Source: Myxococcota bacterium
GTDB taxonomy: Bacteria > Myxococcota_A > UBA9160 > UBA4427
Length of the DNA stretch: 64,000 nucleotides
Assembly: GCA_965250285.1 (NCBI GenBank)
Contig: OZ252299.1
Span: forward strand, 3,360,001 to 3,424,000
Direction of reading: 5' to 3'
Both the position numbers and the translations under genes were made by a program. Shown here piece by piece: positions 30,010 through 40,310 of this stretch (position 1 is the first letter of the stretch; each line of letters opens with the position of its first letter). The notes below the pieces were generated by a model, which was not told the DNA's origin, did not search any database, and worked only from the letters and a program-made list of their open reading frames with translations.

Positions 30010-30301
30010 GTCGTCTCTCCTTGCCTTCGTGGCCGTGCGTGCCTTGCGTGCCTTGCCTTCGTGGCCGTGCGTGGTCGTGCCTGGCCGTGCGCACGCTCCA
30101 CCACCGAGGACGCCCACGCGCGGGATGGGACCGGGACGAAACCGGCTCCGACAGCGGGCCGCCCTCGGGGCGCCCACCGGATGCGGCTCGATGAGGCGTC
30201 GCACCGGAAGAACCATCCCCGGCGCTCGGTGGTCGAATCGTGTGGATGTGGCCCGGGTCGTCCGGAAGCGCGAACAGTAGCAGAACCGGCGCCGCGTGAA
30301 A

Positions 30302-30330
30302 TTGACACCCCCGCAGCCCGCCTCTAGCCT
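30302..30330 (+). promoter_or_regulatory. Sigma70-type promoter for bamD
   Basis: Perfect -35 TTGACA (30302-30307), 17-nt spacer, -10 TAGCCT (30325-30330), about 40 nt before the bamD ATG. Confidence 0.6.
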
Positions 30331-30369
30331 GCCGCCGCTCCCGCCCGGCGCGTGAAGGACCCCGCTTCG

Positions 30370-31203
30370 ATGAGATCCGCGATCCGCCCCCACCGCCCCC
30401 TGCGTGCTGCGACCGGCGCAGCCGCGCGCGCGCTCGCGCTCGGATGCGCGCTGGCGCTGCTGGTCGGCATCGGCGTGACGGGCTGCAAGAAGGGCGACCC
30501 GAGCTTCGAAGACGTTCCGCCCGCCGACGAGCTGTGGGCCGAGGGGCAGCGCCGACTCGAGGGGCGCAACATCTTCGGCTACCGCTGGATCAACTACGGC
30601 AAGGCGATCGAGTCGTTCCAGGCGATCGTCGACAACTACCCCTACAGCGAATACGAGATCGACGCCGAGCTGCAGATCGCCGACGCGTACTTCAAGGACA
30701 AGAAGTACGAAGAGGCGCTCTCGTACTACCGCGACTTCGCCGAGCTGCATCCCCAGCACCCGAAGGTGCCGTACACGGTGCTGCGCTCGGCGCTCTGCCA
30801 CTACGAACAGATCGAGTCGATCGACCGCGATCAGACGAACACCCGGGCGGCGATGGAGATCCTCGAGGAATTACTGCGGCGGTTCCCCTACAGCCCCGAG
30901 ACCAAAGAGGGCGAGGTCATCCTCTTCGAGCTGCGCACCCGGCTCGCCGAGAACGTGATGGAGATCGGGGACTTCTATCTCGTCCGCGATCAGTATCAGA
31001 GCGCTGCGAGCCGCTATCGAACCGTGCTCGACGAGTATCCCGGGCTGGGGCTCGACGCCGAGGCGCTCTACAAGCTGGGGCTCTGCTACGAGCACATGAA
31101 GCTCGAGGACGAGGCGCTGCGGCTCTACCACGTGGTCGTCGAGAACTTCCGAAACACCGATCTGGCCGCGAAGGCGGCCGAGCGCATCGCGCGCGCCAAT
31201 TGA
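30370..31203 (+). CDS. bamD: Outer membrane protein assembly factor BamD (YfiO) lipoprotein
   Basis: Lipobox VTGC, NYPYSEY, AELQIADAYF, HPQHPKVPY, DRDQTNT, IGDFY. Confidence 0.85.
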   Translation: MRSAIRPHRPLRAATGAAARALALGCALALLVGIGVTGCKKGDPSFEDVPPADELWAEGQRRLEGRNIFGYRWINYGKAIESFQAIVDNYPYSEYEIDAELQIADAYFKDKKYEEALSYYRDFAELHPQHPKVPYTVLRSALCHYEQIESIDRDQTNTRAAMEILEELLRRFPYSPETKEGEVILFELRTRLAENVMEIGDFYLVRDQYQSAASRYRTVLDEYPGLGLDAEALYKLGLCYEHMKLEDEALRLYHVVVENFRNTDLAAKAAERIARAN

Positions 31204-31429
31204 GGCCCCGCTCCCGCACGATGTCGTGACGCCTGCACACTTTTGGGCGGACGGCCGCGCTGCCTCCGATTACAATGCGGCTGGCGGCGCTCGCCGGGGG
31301 GTCGAGCGCAGTCGGGTCGATGCCACCGCATCGACCGACCGGGCCGAACGGGCTCGCGCCGCGAACCGAGGCCGGTTCTGCCTCACGTCTCGCCTCACGC
31401 ACGCAGCCTCCCGGACGGAGCAAGTCCCG

Positions 31430-32188
31430 ATGGCGCAGCCGGTCCCGACGTCCGCGCAGATGACGGCCAACGAGCGCGAGTCGTACTCGCGCGGCCGCGC
31501 TCACTTCGAGCGCGGTGAGATCGATCCGGCCCTCGAGACGTTCGGTGCGCTGCTGCGCACGAAGGATGGCTTCGCGGACGTTCACTACATGGTGGGCGTG
31601 CTCTTCGACCGCAAGGGCGACCTCGACGCAGCCGCGGAGAGTCTGCGCAAGGCGATTCGCCTGAACCCGAACTATGCCGAGGCGCTGCTCGCGCTCGCTT
31701 CGATCCACGAGCAGCGCGGCGACTTCGACCGCTCGCGTGAGCTGGCGGAGCGCGCCGCCGAGGTGTCGCGTGCCGGCGCAGGCGCGCTCGACGCGACGAC
31801 CCAGGGCAAGCTGGCCAACCTGCAGGCGGCCGTCGGCGACGCGTATGCCGAGGTCGGCGACCGCCGCGAGGCAATCGAGGCCTACCGGAAGGCGCTCGAG
31901 CGCTGTCCCGACTTTCACGACATTCGCCACCGCCTGGGCGTCACGCTGCGCGAAGCGGGACTGCCGGCGCAGGCCGCCATCGAGTTCAGGCGTGTGCTGC
32001 GCGCGAATGCCCAGCTGCAGGATACGCGCGCACAGCTCGGCCTCACGTACTACTCGCTCGGGCGGACGCGCGACGCGCTGACCGAGTGGCAGCGCGTCGA
32101 AGCCGAAACGCCCGGTCGCGCCGACGTCGCGATGTATCTGCAGCTCGTCGGCGAGGCGATCGGCGACGACGGCGCGGAGCCCGCGTGA
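31430..32188 (+). CDS. Tetratricopeptide repeat protein
   Basis: Repeated TPR units (FADVHYMVG..., AIRLNPNYAEA, CPDFHDIRHRLG); GGAG before ATG 31430. Confidence 0.8.
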   Translation: MAQPVPTSAQMTANERESYSRGRAHFERGEIDPALETFGALLRTKDGFADVHYMVGVLFDRKGDLDAAAESLRKAIRLNPNYAEALLALASIHEQRGDFDRSRELAERAAEVSRAGAGALDATTQGKLANLQAAVGDAYAEVGDRREAIEAYRKALERCPDFHDIRHRLGVTLREAGLPAQAAIEFRRVLRANAQLQDTRAQLGLTYYSLGRTRDALTEWQRVEAETPGRADVAMYLQLVGEAIGDDGAEPA

Positions 32189-32706
32189 CGCCGCTCGACG
32201 GCATCGTGCTGACCGTCATCCTCGCCGCCCTCGCGCGCGGCCTCTTCATCGGGCTCGTGCGCGAAGGGTTCTCGATGGTCGCGCTCGCCTCGGCCGTGCT
32301 GATCACCCGAGCCACCGCACCCACCGCGGGCGTCTGGCTGAACGAGCGCACCGGCGGACAGATCGGCGAGCTCGCCGCGCCCTGGGTCGCCGGCTTCGTG
32401 ATCGCGCTCGCGACGGCGGCGGCCATGGGCCTCGTCGGTCGACTGGCCCGCAAGGGGGTGCGCCTGGCCGGACTCTCGTGGTTCGACCGCGTCGGCGGCG
32501 GCGCGCTCGGCCTGGCCGAGGGCGTGCTCGTATCGGCCCTCGTCGTACTCGGCGCGGTCTGGATCGTCGGCCGCGACCACCCGGGTGTCGCCGATTCGCG
32601 CAGCCTCGCGACCTACGACGCGATGCAATCGGCCGTGTTGGAGCGTGCGGACGAGCTGCCCGATCTGCCCGAGCTGCCGTCGGTCGCCCTGCCCGGGGAT
32701 CGCTGA
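32185..32706 (+). CDS. cvpA: CvpA family membrane protein
   Basis: GTG overlapping the TPR gene stop; LDGIVL...RGLFIGLVREGFS, LSWFDRVGGGALG. Confidence 0.8.
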   Translation: MTPLDGIVLTVILAALARGLFIGLVREGFSMVALASAVLITRATAPTAGVWLNERTGGQIGELAAPWVAGFVIALATAAAMGLVGRLARKGVRLAGLSWFDRVGGGALGLAEGVLVSALVVLGAVWIVGRDHPGVADSRSLATYDAMQSAVLERADELPDLPELPSVALPGDR

Positions 32707-32710
32707 CTGC

Positions 32711-34972
32711 TCAGTTCGCGAGCACGCGCGACCGGGCCTCGGCCTTCTCCCACATGCGCACGTAGCCTTCCGCACTGCGGAAGAACGGTTCGAGCTCTGC
32801 GTCGGTCACGCCGTCACCGCGGACGTCTTCGATCAGCTCGGGCAAGAGACCGAGGTGAGCGAGCCCTTCGGTGTTGAAGTCGATGCTGCGCTCACCGAGC
32901 GTGGGCGGCTCGAACGTCACGTCACCCGCGTAGGACGTGAATGGGTAGGTGACCGGGTCGCTCTGATCGGTGCACCCGCTGGCAGGGCCGAAACGCGGCC
33001 CACGCGCGCCGGCGAAGCCGTTCAGGTCGAGGCCGAAGCCTTCGGCCGGGTAGCCGCCGTTCGCCTCGATGAGCGCAATGCGCGCCTGCCACCCGTCGTC
33101 GACGGTGGCGGGCTCGGTGCCACGGCACGTGCCGAAGCCCGACTTCGAGACACCGCCCAGGGCATAGAGCGCACCGCCCGCGTTGAGCCCGTGCGTGCCG
33201 GCCGCCGGATAGTCGGCCGCCTCCATCATCTCGAACGCCCGCGCATACGAGCGTCGCGGCAGATGGTCGATCTCGAGGATCATCCCGCGCGCCATCATCT
33301 CCTCGATCAAGAACTCGCCGAGCATGGTGAGACCGGTGCCCTGGCACACGGGACCGGGGTTTGGAGGCGTGACGGTCGGGAAGAGCACGCCAATGACGTC
33401 GGGGCTCAGCACCGTGCCGATCGGGTCGACCGGGAACGCCGAGAGATCGGGCGCCGGCTCGGGCGACGCGACGTCCCCGCGGTTGATCTGCGGGAACGCG
33501 ATCTCACCTCGATCGAAGACCGTATTGATCGACGTGTCGCAGTCGGTGACGAAGTCGTTCCAATCCCCCGTCTGAAAGAAGTTGCCGAGCTCGATGACGG
33601 ACTTGTCGCCGTCGCCCGCCGAGAAGCCGTTGTCGTACTTGTGCACGGGGAAGAGGGCTCGAACGCCGCGGCCGTAGTAGGCGTCGAGCGACGCGACGAC
33701 GTCGGCCTCAGTGCAGGCGGCGAACGGCGGTCGCGGGTTCTCGAAGCAGTCGAAGAGGTTCGACGTCTCGATGCCGAGGATCACGGCCAGCTTGCCCGAC
33801 TCGATCACCGCCCGCGCCTCGGCGGGCGAAGTCACGACGCGAAAGAACCCCCGCCCCGGACCGCCGTACTGGGCATCGATGTAGTCCTGCATCGCCCACG
33901 TTTCGTCGACGATGCGATCGACGCCGACCATGTCGTTGCACGAGTACCGCACGGGTTGGGTGCCGGGCGCGGCCAGGATGTCGCAGATGATCTGGTTCGT
34001 CGTCGCGTGCTGGACGATCAGGCGCAACCCGCCCATCCAGGCGCGCTCGATCCATCGCCAGTACTGCACCTGGTGCGTCGAGCTGAAGGGGGCCGCCGGC
34101 CAATCGGTGAAGGTCGGCCAGCCGTCGGTCGCGTGGCTGTCTTCGGGTGTCTCGCCGGTCGCGAAGCTCGTGAGCAGCACGTTCGGGTCGGCGCTCTCGC
34201 CCTGATCGAAGCCGTAGCCGAAGAGATCCTGGCGCCCATTCACGCCGTGGAATCGCTCGCAGTCGCCGAGTGCGTGCTCGATCCCGAGCGCGTGAAACGG
34301 CGAACCGTGAAAGATGCCGCCACCCCCGAAGCCGAAGTTCGAGAGCAGGTGCGAGTGCGTATCGGCGAAGCCGAAGAGGTCACCATCGGGCCACGTCGTG
34401 CGAGCGACCGCCCCCGTCGCGTTGAGATCGGCCTCGGGGAATGGGGTGCAACCCGCGCGCTCGACGAGATCGATCTCGAGCGCCCGCACCAGCAGCGGCG
34501 TCATCTCGCCGCGCTCGACGAAACGACCGCTCTTCTGGTGGCGCAGGTGGCGCACCGACCGGTCGGCCTGACGCGTGACGAACGTCCACTCGGCCTCCGA
34601 CTCATAGCCGTCGTCGACGAGGGTGATGTCCGACTCGAGGGCCTCGTCGCGAAGCAGGCGTTCGCCGTCGGAGACCACGAACCCGCCCCGATCGTCGCGA
34701 AGCAGAAAACGGCCGATGCCCGAGGGCTTGAGTGAGAACGGCGTCGCCCGGCCCGGCGTCGCACTCGTGAAGACGTAGCCCGAGTCGTCGCGCTCGACCT
34801 CGAGGTGGTAGACGAGCCCCGAGTTCAGATCTTTCCCGCGGACGGCGTAGCACCCGGGGTCGATGCGTCGCGTGTCGACGGCGTCGCCCTCGACACCGCT
34901 CTCGTCATCGCAGGCACTCGCGACGAAGAGCAGGAGGGGGAGGACCAGCAGGAGCCGTAGACGAGAGTGCAT
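32711..34972 (-). CDS. Lipoprotein, amidohydrolase / membrane dipeptidase (M19)-like
   Basis: Lipobox FVASAC; FADTHSH (HxH), VILGIE, PVHKYDN, ILEIDH, GLDLNG, GLAHLGLLPELIED. Confidence 0.7.
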   Translation of the reverse strand: MHSRLRLLLVLPLLLFVASACDDESGVEGDAVDTRRIDPGCYAVRGKDLNSGLVYHLEVERDDSGYVFTSATPGRATPFSLKPSGIGRFLLRDDRGGFVVSDGERLLRDEALESDITLVDDGYESEAEWTFVTRQADRSVRHLRHQKSGRFVERGEMTPLLVRALEIDLVERAGCTPFPEADLNATGAVARTTWPDGDLFGFADTHSHLLSNFGFGGGGIFHGSPFHALGIEHALGDCERFHGVNGRQDLFGYGFDQGESADPNVLLTSFATGETPEDSHATDGWPTFTDWPAAPFSSTHQVQYWRWIERAWMGGLRLIVQHATTNQIICDILAAPGTQPVRYSCNDMVGVDRIVDETWAMQDYIDAQYGGPGRGFFRVVTSPAEARAVIESGKLAVILGIETSNLFDCFENPRPPFAACTEADVVASLDAYYGRGVRALFPVHKYDNGFSAGDGDKSVIELGNFFQTGDWNDFVTDCDTSINTVFDRGEIAFPQINRGDVASPEPAPDLSAFPVDPIGTVLSPDVIGVLFPTVTPPNPGPVCQGTGLTMLGEFLIEEMMARGMILEIDHLPRRSYARAFEMMEAADYPAAGTHGLNAGGALYALGGVSKSGFGTCRGTEPATVDDGWQARIALIEANGGYPAEGFGLDLNGFAGARGPRFGPASGCTDQSDPVTYPFTSYAGDVTFEPPTLGERSIDFNTEGLAHLGLLPELIEDVRGDGVTDAELEPFFRSAEGYVRMWEKAEARSRVLAN

Positions 34973-35090
34973 CGGCGGACGATGTCACGTTCACGGACTG
35001 AAAGGCAACGCCGAAAGGGGCGCCGCGTTGACTTCGCGAAACGCGGAGCCGCCGAAGCACAGACCCGAGAGCGGGCCTCGAATTGCGGTT

Positions 35091-37169
35091 TCAGCTCGAC
35101 TCGGCGTCCATCGGTGGGTCGATCCAGCGACCGTGCTCGCGGATCAGGTCGACGAGTCGGTCGGGCGCTTCGGTCTGCGGCACGGCGCGCTGCACCACCT
35201 CTTTGCCGACGTAGAGGCTGACCTGGTCGACGCCGCTGCCGACGTAGCCGAAGTCGGCGTCGGCCATCTCGCCCGGCCCGTTCACGATGCATCCCATGAC
35301 GGCGATCTTCACGCCCGAGAGGTGTTCGGTGCGGCTCTTGATGAGCGCCGTCGTCTCTTCGAGGTCGAAGAGCGTGCGCCCACACGAAGGGCACGAGATG
35401 TACTCGGTACGCGTCGTGCGCCGGCGTGCGCCCTGCAGGATGCGATAGCAGGCGTCGACGGCTTTCACGGGGTCACCGAAACGCGCGAGGCTCACCATGT
35501 CGCCCACGCCGTCGCAGAGCGAGGCCCCGAAGTCGACCGAGGCCTCGAGCAGAGCGGCCTCGTCGGCCGTGTCCTCAGGCCGGCCGTGGCGCAGCACGAT
35601 CGGGCAGGCGTCGGCCCCGAGGCGCGAGAGCGCGGCGGCGAGCACGCGCACGGCGTGGGTCTCGCGATGCGACTCGACGGAGAAGAGCGGTGTTTCGAGG
35701 CCGGCCTCCCGCGCGACGCGCAGGGTCTCTTCGGCGAGCTTCGGCAGATCGGGACGCTCACCGCGCAGACACCACTCGAGCGCGACGCCGCGATTGGCCG
35801 CGGCGGCCGCTGCGGCGTCGACGGCCGAGGGATCGCTGTTCGACTCGACCTCGGCGATGACGCGCGCAGGTCGCGTCTCGCCCCCGACCACGGCCGGCAC
35901 GAGCGCAGCCGGTGCGCGCACCGCCAGGGGCAGCGAGACACCGAGCGACTCGAGCTGCGCGCGAAAGCGTGGCCACTGCGCGATCTCAGCGGGATCGGCG
36001 ATGCGGATCGCGAGCGACTCGGCCTCGACGTCGGTCTGCAAGGCGAGCGCAGTCGCGACTTTCGCTGCGATCGCCTCGCCGTACGGCAGCGCGCGACCGA
36101 GGTCGATCTCGACGCGCGGAGGCGCATCCCCCCCGATCGTGAGCCCGCCGGCATCCACCCCTTCACTCGCCCGCGGTACGTGCGCGTAGGGGGAAGGCGC
36201 TTCGCCGGCCTCGAGCGGAATCGGACGTGTGTCGAGCTCGGCGGCCATCTGATCGGCCATCCAGCGGCGATGGGCGCGCTCGGCGAGCGCGCGCGCGACC
36301 GGCACTTCTTTCACGGGGTCTTCGGTCAACGACACCCGGATCGTGTCGCCGAGGCCATCCTCGAGCAGCGCACCGATGCCGATGGCGCTCTTGATCCGCC
36401 CGTCTTCGGCGTCGCCGGCCTCGGTCACACCGACGTGGAAGGGATAGCCCGGTTCACCGGGCGCGCGGGCCTCGAGCCGCGCCGCCAGCAGACGATAGGC
36501 GTGGATCGCGACCTGGGTGTTCGACGCCTTCATGCTGAAGACGACGTCGTGGAAGCCTTCGTCTTCGCACACGTCGAGAAACTCGAGCGCGCTCTCGACC
36601 ATGCCCTCGGGCGTGTCGCCGAAGCGGTTCATGATGCGGTCGCTGAGCGAGCCGTGGTTGGTGCCGATACGCATCGCGACGCCGTTCAGCTTGCAGCGTT
36701 GCACGAGGGGACGAAACCGCTCGGCGACGCGGTCGAGCTCTTCGGCGTACTGGGCCTCGCTGTACTCGCGTACCTCGAACTTCTTCTTGTCGGCGTAGTT
36801 GCCCGGGTTGACGCGCACCTTCGCAACGTGGTCGGCGGCGATCAGAGCGGCGTTCGGCGTGAAGTGGATGTCGGCGACGAGCGGCACCGAGACACCCCGC
36901 AACTGTAGCTCCCGGGTGATCTCGGCCAGGTTCTCGGCATCGCGGATCGAGGGGGCGGTGACGCGGACGATCGGGCAGTCGGCGTCGGCCAGGCGCTCGA
37001 TCTGATCGGCCGTCGCCTTGGTATCCATCGTGTCGGTGTTCGTCATCGACTGGACGACGATCGGCCCGGGGCCGCCGATGACGACGTCGCCCACGCGCAC
37101 CGGTCGCGTCAGGCGCCGCCTAGGCGCGAACACGTCGTGCACGTAGCTGAGCGAATCGGGCTTCTTCAT
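35091..37169 (-). CDS. ispG: (E)-4-hydroxy-3-methylbut-2-enyl-diphosphate synthase, long form
   Basis: VQSMTNT, VADIHF, RVNPGN, RIGTNHGSL, HVGVTEAG, TIRVSLT, CPSCGR, VMGCIVNGPGEM. Confidence 0.95.
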   Translation of the reverse strand: MKKPDSLSYVHDVFAPRRRLTRPVRVGDVVIGGPGPIVVQSMTNTDTMDTKATADQIERLADADCPIVRVTAPSIRDAENLAEITRELQLRGVSVPLVADIHFTPNAALIAADHVAKVRVNPGNYADKKKFEVREYSEAQYAEELDRVAERFRPLVQRCKLNGVAMRIGTNHGSLSDRIMNRFGDTPEGMVESALEFLDVCEDEGFHDVVFSMKASNTQVAIHAYRLLAARLEARAPGEPGYPFHVGVTEAGDAEDGRIKSAIGIGALLEDGLGDTIRVSLTEDPVKEVPVARALAERAHRRWMADQMAAELDTRPIPLEAGEAPSPYAHVPRASEGVDAGGLTIGGDAPPRVEIDLGRALPYGEAIAAKVATALALQTDVEAESLAIRIADPAEIAQWPRFRAQLESLGVSLPLAVRAPAALVPAVVGGETRPARVIAEVESNSDPSAVDAAAAAAANRGVALEWCLRGERPDLPKLAEETLRVAREAGLETPLFSVESHRETHAVRVLAAALSRLGADACPIVLRHGRPEDTADEAALLEASVDFGASLCDGVGDMVSLARFGDPVKAVDACYRILQGARRRTTRTEYISCPSCGRTLFDLEETTALIKSRTEHLSGVKIAVMGCIVNGPGEMADADFGYVGSGVDQVSLYVGKEVVQRAVPQTEAPDRLVDLIREHGRWIDPPMDAESS

Positions 37170-37268
37170 CTCTACTCGGTTCGACGCTGCGCGCGTCCTC
37201 GGCGTTTCACGCCAAACGCGAATCCCCGCGGCCTCGCGCGTGCGGGCGCGTGGATCGCGTGCAGCGCC

Positions 37269-39905
37269 CTAGGCGCCGACGATCTCGTAGAAGCGGGTGA
37301 GGGCGTCGTCGATCTTCGATGCGTCCTTGCCGCCGGCCTGCGCAAAATCTGGACGCCCACCGCCGCCGCCGCCGACCATGCCGGCGAGCTCCTTGACGAT
37401 GTCGCCGGCCTTGTACGACCCGATCAGATCCTTGGTGACGCCGACGGCGACCAGCACCTTGCCGCCGTTGTCCGACAGCAGGGCCACCACCGACGACCCG
37501 AGCCGATTGCGGAGGTCGTCGACCATCGAAGACAGCTCCTTGGCGTCGGTGCCCTCGAGCCTCGCGGCCAGGGCCTGGCCCCCCTCGATCTCGCGTGCCG
37601 ACTCGAGCAGATCGCCTGCCCCCTGGCCGCGCTTCTCGGCGCGAAGCTTCTCGAGCTCGCGCTCGAGCTCGCGGCGTTCGGCGATCAGCTTCTCGACGCG
37701 GTCGGGGAGCTCGGCGACCGGCGCCTTCAGCAGCTCGGCCGCGCGGCGTTCGCGCTCTTCGCCGGCGCGCACGTGCGCCAGTGCGCCGTGCCCGGTCAGG
37801 GCTTCGATGCGACGCACGCCCGCCGCCACGCCCGACTCGCCGACGACCTTGAGCAGGCCGATCTCGCCCGTCGCCTGCGCGTGGGTGCCGCCGCAGAGCT
37901 CGGTCGAAGCATCACCGAACGACACGACGCGCACCTCGTCGCCATACTTCTCGTCGAAGATCGCGATGGCGCCACTCTTCACGGCGTCGTCGTACGACAT
38001 CAGAGCGGTCGAGCCGCCGCTGTTCTCTTCGATCCACCCGTTCACGAGATCTTCGATGCGATCGATCTCGTCGCGACTGAGCGGCGAGTCGTGAGTGAAG
38101 TCGAAGCGCAGTCGCTCCGGCCCGACGAGCGAGCCCTTCTGCATCGCCTGGGGCCCGAGCACCGCGCGCAGCGCCGAGTGGAGCAGGTGCGTACCGGTGT
38201 GATTGCGCACGGTGGCCTGCCTGGCCTCGGCGTCGACGTGCAGGCTCGCTTCGGTGTCGACCGCGAGCTCCCCCTCGACCACCTTGCCCCGGTGCACGAA
38301 GAGGCCATCGACGGGCTTCTGGGTGTCCTCGACCTCGACGCGTCCGGTCGAGGTCGTGAGCAGGCCGCGATCGCCCACCTGGCCACCGCTCTCGGCGTAG
38401 AAGGGTGTCTCGTCGGTCACGACCTCGACGGCGTCGCCGAGCCCCGCCCGATCCTTCGGCTCGCCGCCGACGAGCAGCGCCGCGATGTTCGATGTCGCTT
38501 CGAGCCCGTCGTAGCCGACGAACTGCGTCGTGACGTCGGAGGCGATGCGACCGTAGACCTCAGCGATCTGTGTGTCGCCGCTGCCCTTCCAGGCCGCCCG
38601 CGCCCGCTCGCGCTGCGCGCTCATCGCCCCGTCGAAACCCGCCTGGTCGACGTCCATCTCGTGGCCACGCAGGATGTCCTCGGTGAGATCGACCGGGAAC
38701 CCGAACGTGTCGTAGAGCTTGAAGACGCTCTCGCCCGGCAGCGTCGTCTCGCCCTTCTGCTTGAGATCGGCGATCTCGTCTTCGAGCAGCAGCAGCCCCT
38801 TCTCGAGCGTCTCGAGAAAGCGCTCTTCTTCGCGCCGGATGCGATCGGTGATGAAGGCGCGTCGCTCGACGAGGTCGGGGTACGCGCCGCCCATCTCGTC
38901 GATCACGGCATCGGCGACGCTGTGGATGAAGGGCTCGCGCACGTCGAGCAGCACGCCGTGGCGCGAAGCGCGCCGCAGGATCCGACGCAGCACGTAGCCG
39001 CGCCCGGCGTTCGACGGCAGCACGCCGTCGCCGATCAGGAACGAGAGCGCCCGAGCATGGTCGGCCACCACGCGCAGCGAGACGTCGCTCTCGTCGGCGG
39101 CGCCGAGCTGAACGCCCGAGATGTCCTGGGCCCGGGCGAGGATGCCCTCGAAGAGGTCGCTGTCGTAGTTGTTGCGCTTGCCCTGGAGCACCGCAGCCCA
39201 GCGCTCGAGACCGCCCCCGGTGTCGATCGACGGCTTCGGCAGCGGCGTCTGCTTGCCGTCTGCGTCGCGGTTGTACTGCATGAAGACGAGGTTCCAGACC
39301 TCCATCCAGCGACCGCAGTCGCAGGACGGGTCGCACACCGAGCTGGGGCAGTCGTCGGGTCGACCGAAGTCGAAGTGGATCTCGCTGCAAGGGCCGCACG
39401 GACCGGTGTCGCCCATCGACCAGAAGTTTTCGCTCGCACCGAGGCGATAGATGCGCTCGGCGGGGATCCCCATGCGGTCTTCCCAGATCGAGAACGCCTC
39501 ATCGTCGTCTTCGTAGACCGAGATCGCGAGCTTGTCGCCGTCGAAGCCGACCCCGTCGGTCAACAGCTCCCACGCGTACTGGACCGCTTCTTCCTTGAAG
39601 TAGTCGCCGAACGAGAAGTTGCCGAGCATCTCGAAGAAGGTGTGATGGCGCGGTGTGCGGCCCACGTTCTCGAGATCGTTGTGCTTGCCCGAAACCCGCA
39701 TGCACTTCTGCGATGTGGTCGCGCGGCTGTAACCCCGCGACTCCTCGCCGAGGAAGACCCGCTTGAAGGGCACCATGCCGGCGTTCACGAACATCAGGGT
39801 CGGATCGCTGTCGGGGACGAGCGAGTAGCTCTGGATCCGGCGGTGGCCGTTCCGCTCGAAGTAGGAGAGGAACTGCTCACGGATCTCGTTGGCCGCGAGC
39901 GGCAT
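37269..39905 (-). CDS. alaS: Alanine--tRNA ligase
   Basis: HHTFFEMLGNFSFGDYFK, GPCGPCSEI, NHTGTHLLH, ELCGGTH, GGGGGRPDFAQAGG. Confidence 0.98.
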   Translation of the reverse strand: MPLAANEIREQFLSYFERNGHRRIQSYSLVPDSDPTLMFVNAGMVPFKRVFLGEESRGYSRATTSQKCMRVSGKHNDLENVGRTPRHHTFFEMLGNFSFGDYFKEEAVQYAWELLTDGVGFDGDKLAISVYEDDDEAFSIWEDRMGIPAERIYRLGASENFWSMGDTGPCGPCSEIHFDFGRPDDCPSSVCDPSCDCGRWMEVWNLVFMQYNRDADGKQTPLPKPSIDTGGGLERWAAVLQGKRNNYDSDLFEGILARAQDISGVQLGAADESDVSLRVVADHARALSFLIGDGVLPSNAGRGYVLRRILRRASRHGVLLDVREPFIHSVADAVIDEMGGAYPDLVERRAFITDRIRREEERFLETLEKGLLLLEDEIADLKQKGETTLPGESVFKLYDTFGFPVDLTEDILRGHEMDVDQAGFDGAMSAQRERARAAWKGSGDTQIAEVYGRIASDVTTQFVGYDGLEATSNIAALLVGGEPKDRAGLGDAVEVVTDETPFYAESGGQVGDRGLLTTSTGRVEVEDTQKPVDGLFVHRGKVVEGELAVDTEASLHVDAEARQATVRNHTGTHLLHSALRAVLGPQAMQKGSLVGPERLRFDFTHDSPLSRDEIDRIEDLVNGWIEENSGGSTALMSYDDAVKSGAIAIFDEKYGDEVRVVSFGDASTELCGGTHAQATGEIGLLKVVGESGVAAGVRRIEALTGHGALAHVRAGEERERRAAELLKAPVAELPDRVEKLIAERRELERELEKLRAEKRGQGAGDLLESAREIEGGQALAARLEGTDAKELSSMVDDLRNRLGSSVVALLSDNGGKVLVAVGVTKDLIGSYKAGDIVKELAGMVGGGGGGRPDFAQAGGKDASKIDDALTRFYEIVGA

Positions 39906-40187
39906 GGCGATTTCTCCAGCAGGGTCGCGAGGATGCGCGAAGCGGGAGAATACCGAATCCCCCGAGGAAGGGGCATTGCCACGCGCAGCGCGCCGTGTGT
40001 TCGAAGGCCGCTCGGTGCCTTCGGCGGGCGCCTCGCCGGATCGGTCGGGAAGCGGACGCGATCTGACCCGACGCGTCCGGTCGGCCGACCCACGCGTGCT
40101 TCGAGAACGCCGTGACCGATGCCCGACTCGCCGCGTTCGGGTGAGCCGGGGCGGTCGCCGAACGGCTGGGCCGATCGAGCGCCCTGC

Positions 40188-40256
40188 CCGAGAACGACTT
40201 CGAGCGCAGCACCACGGTGGCCGAGAACGACTTCGAGCGCAGCACCACGGTGGCCG
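40188..40256. repeat. Perfect 33-bp tandem duplication
   Basis: CCGAGAACGACTTCGAGCGCAGCACCACGGTGG at 40188-40220 and 40221-40253, then CCG. Confidence 0.95.
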
Positions 40257-40310
40257 CGAGCTTGGCCATGCGACGAGCGGCGCGCGTCGGCACGCCCGGC
40301 GTCGGGCCTC

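Noticed and set aside
37137..40115. Long antisense ORFs (992 aa here; also 21715..24750, 6599..9022, 32585..34735, 48843..51137, 52844..54961)
   Set aside because: They are shadows of real genes on the opposite strand, expected with high-GC codon bias, and show no recognisable motifs.
40188..40256. 33-bp repeat as a CRISPR array
   Set aside because: Two adjacent copies with no spacer and no cas genes.
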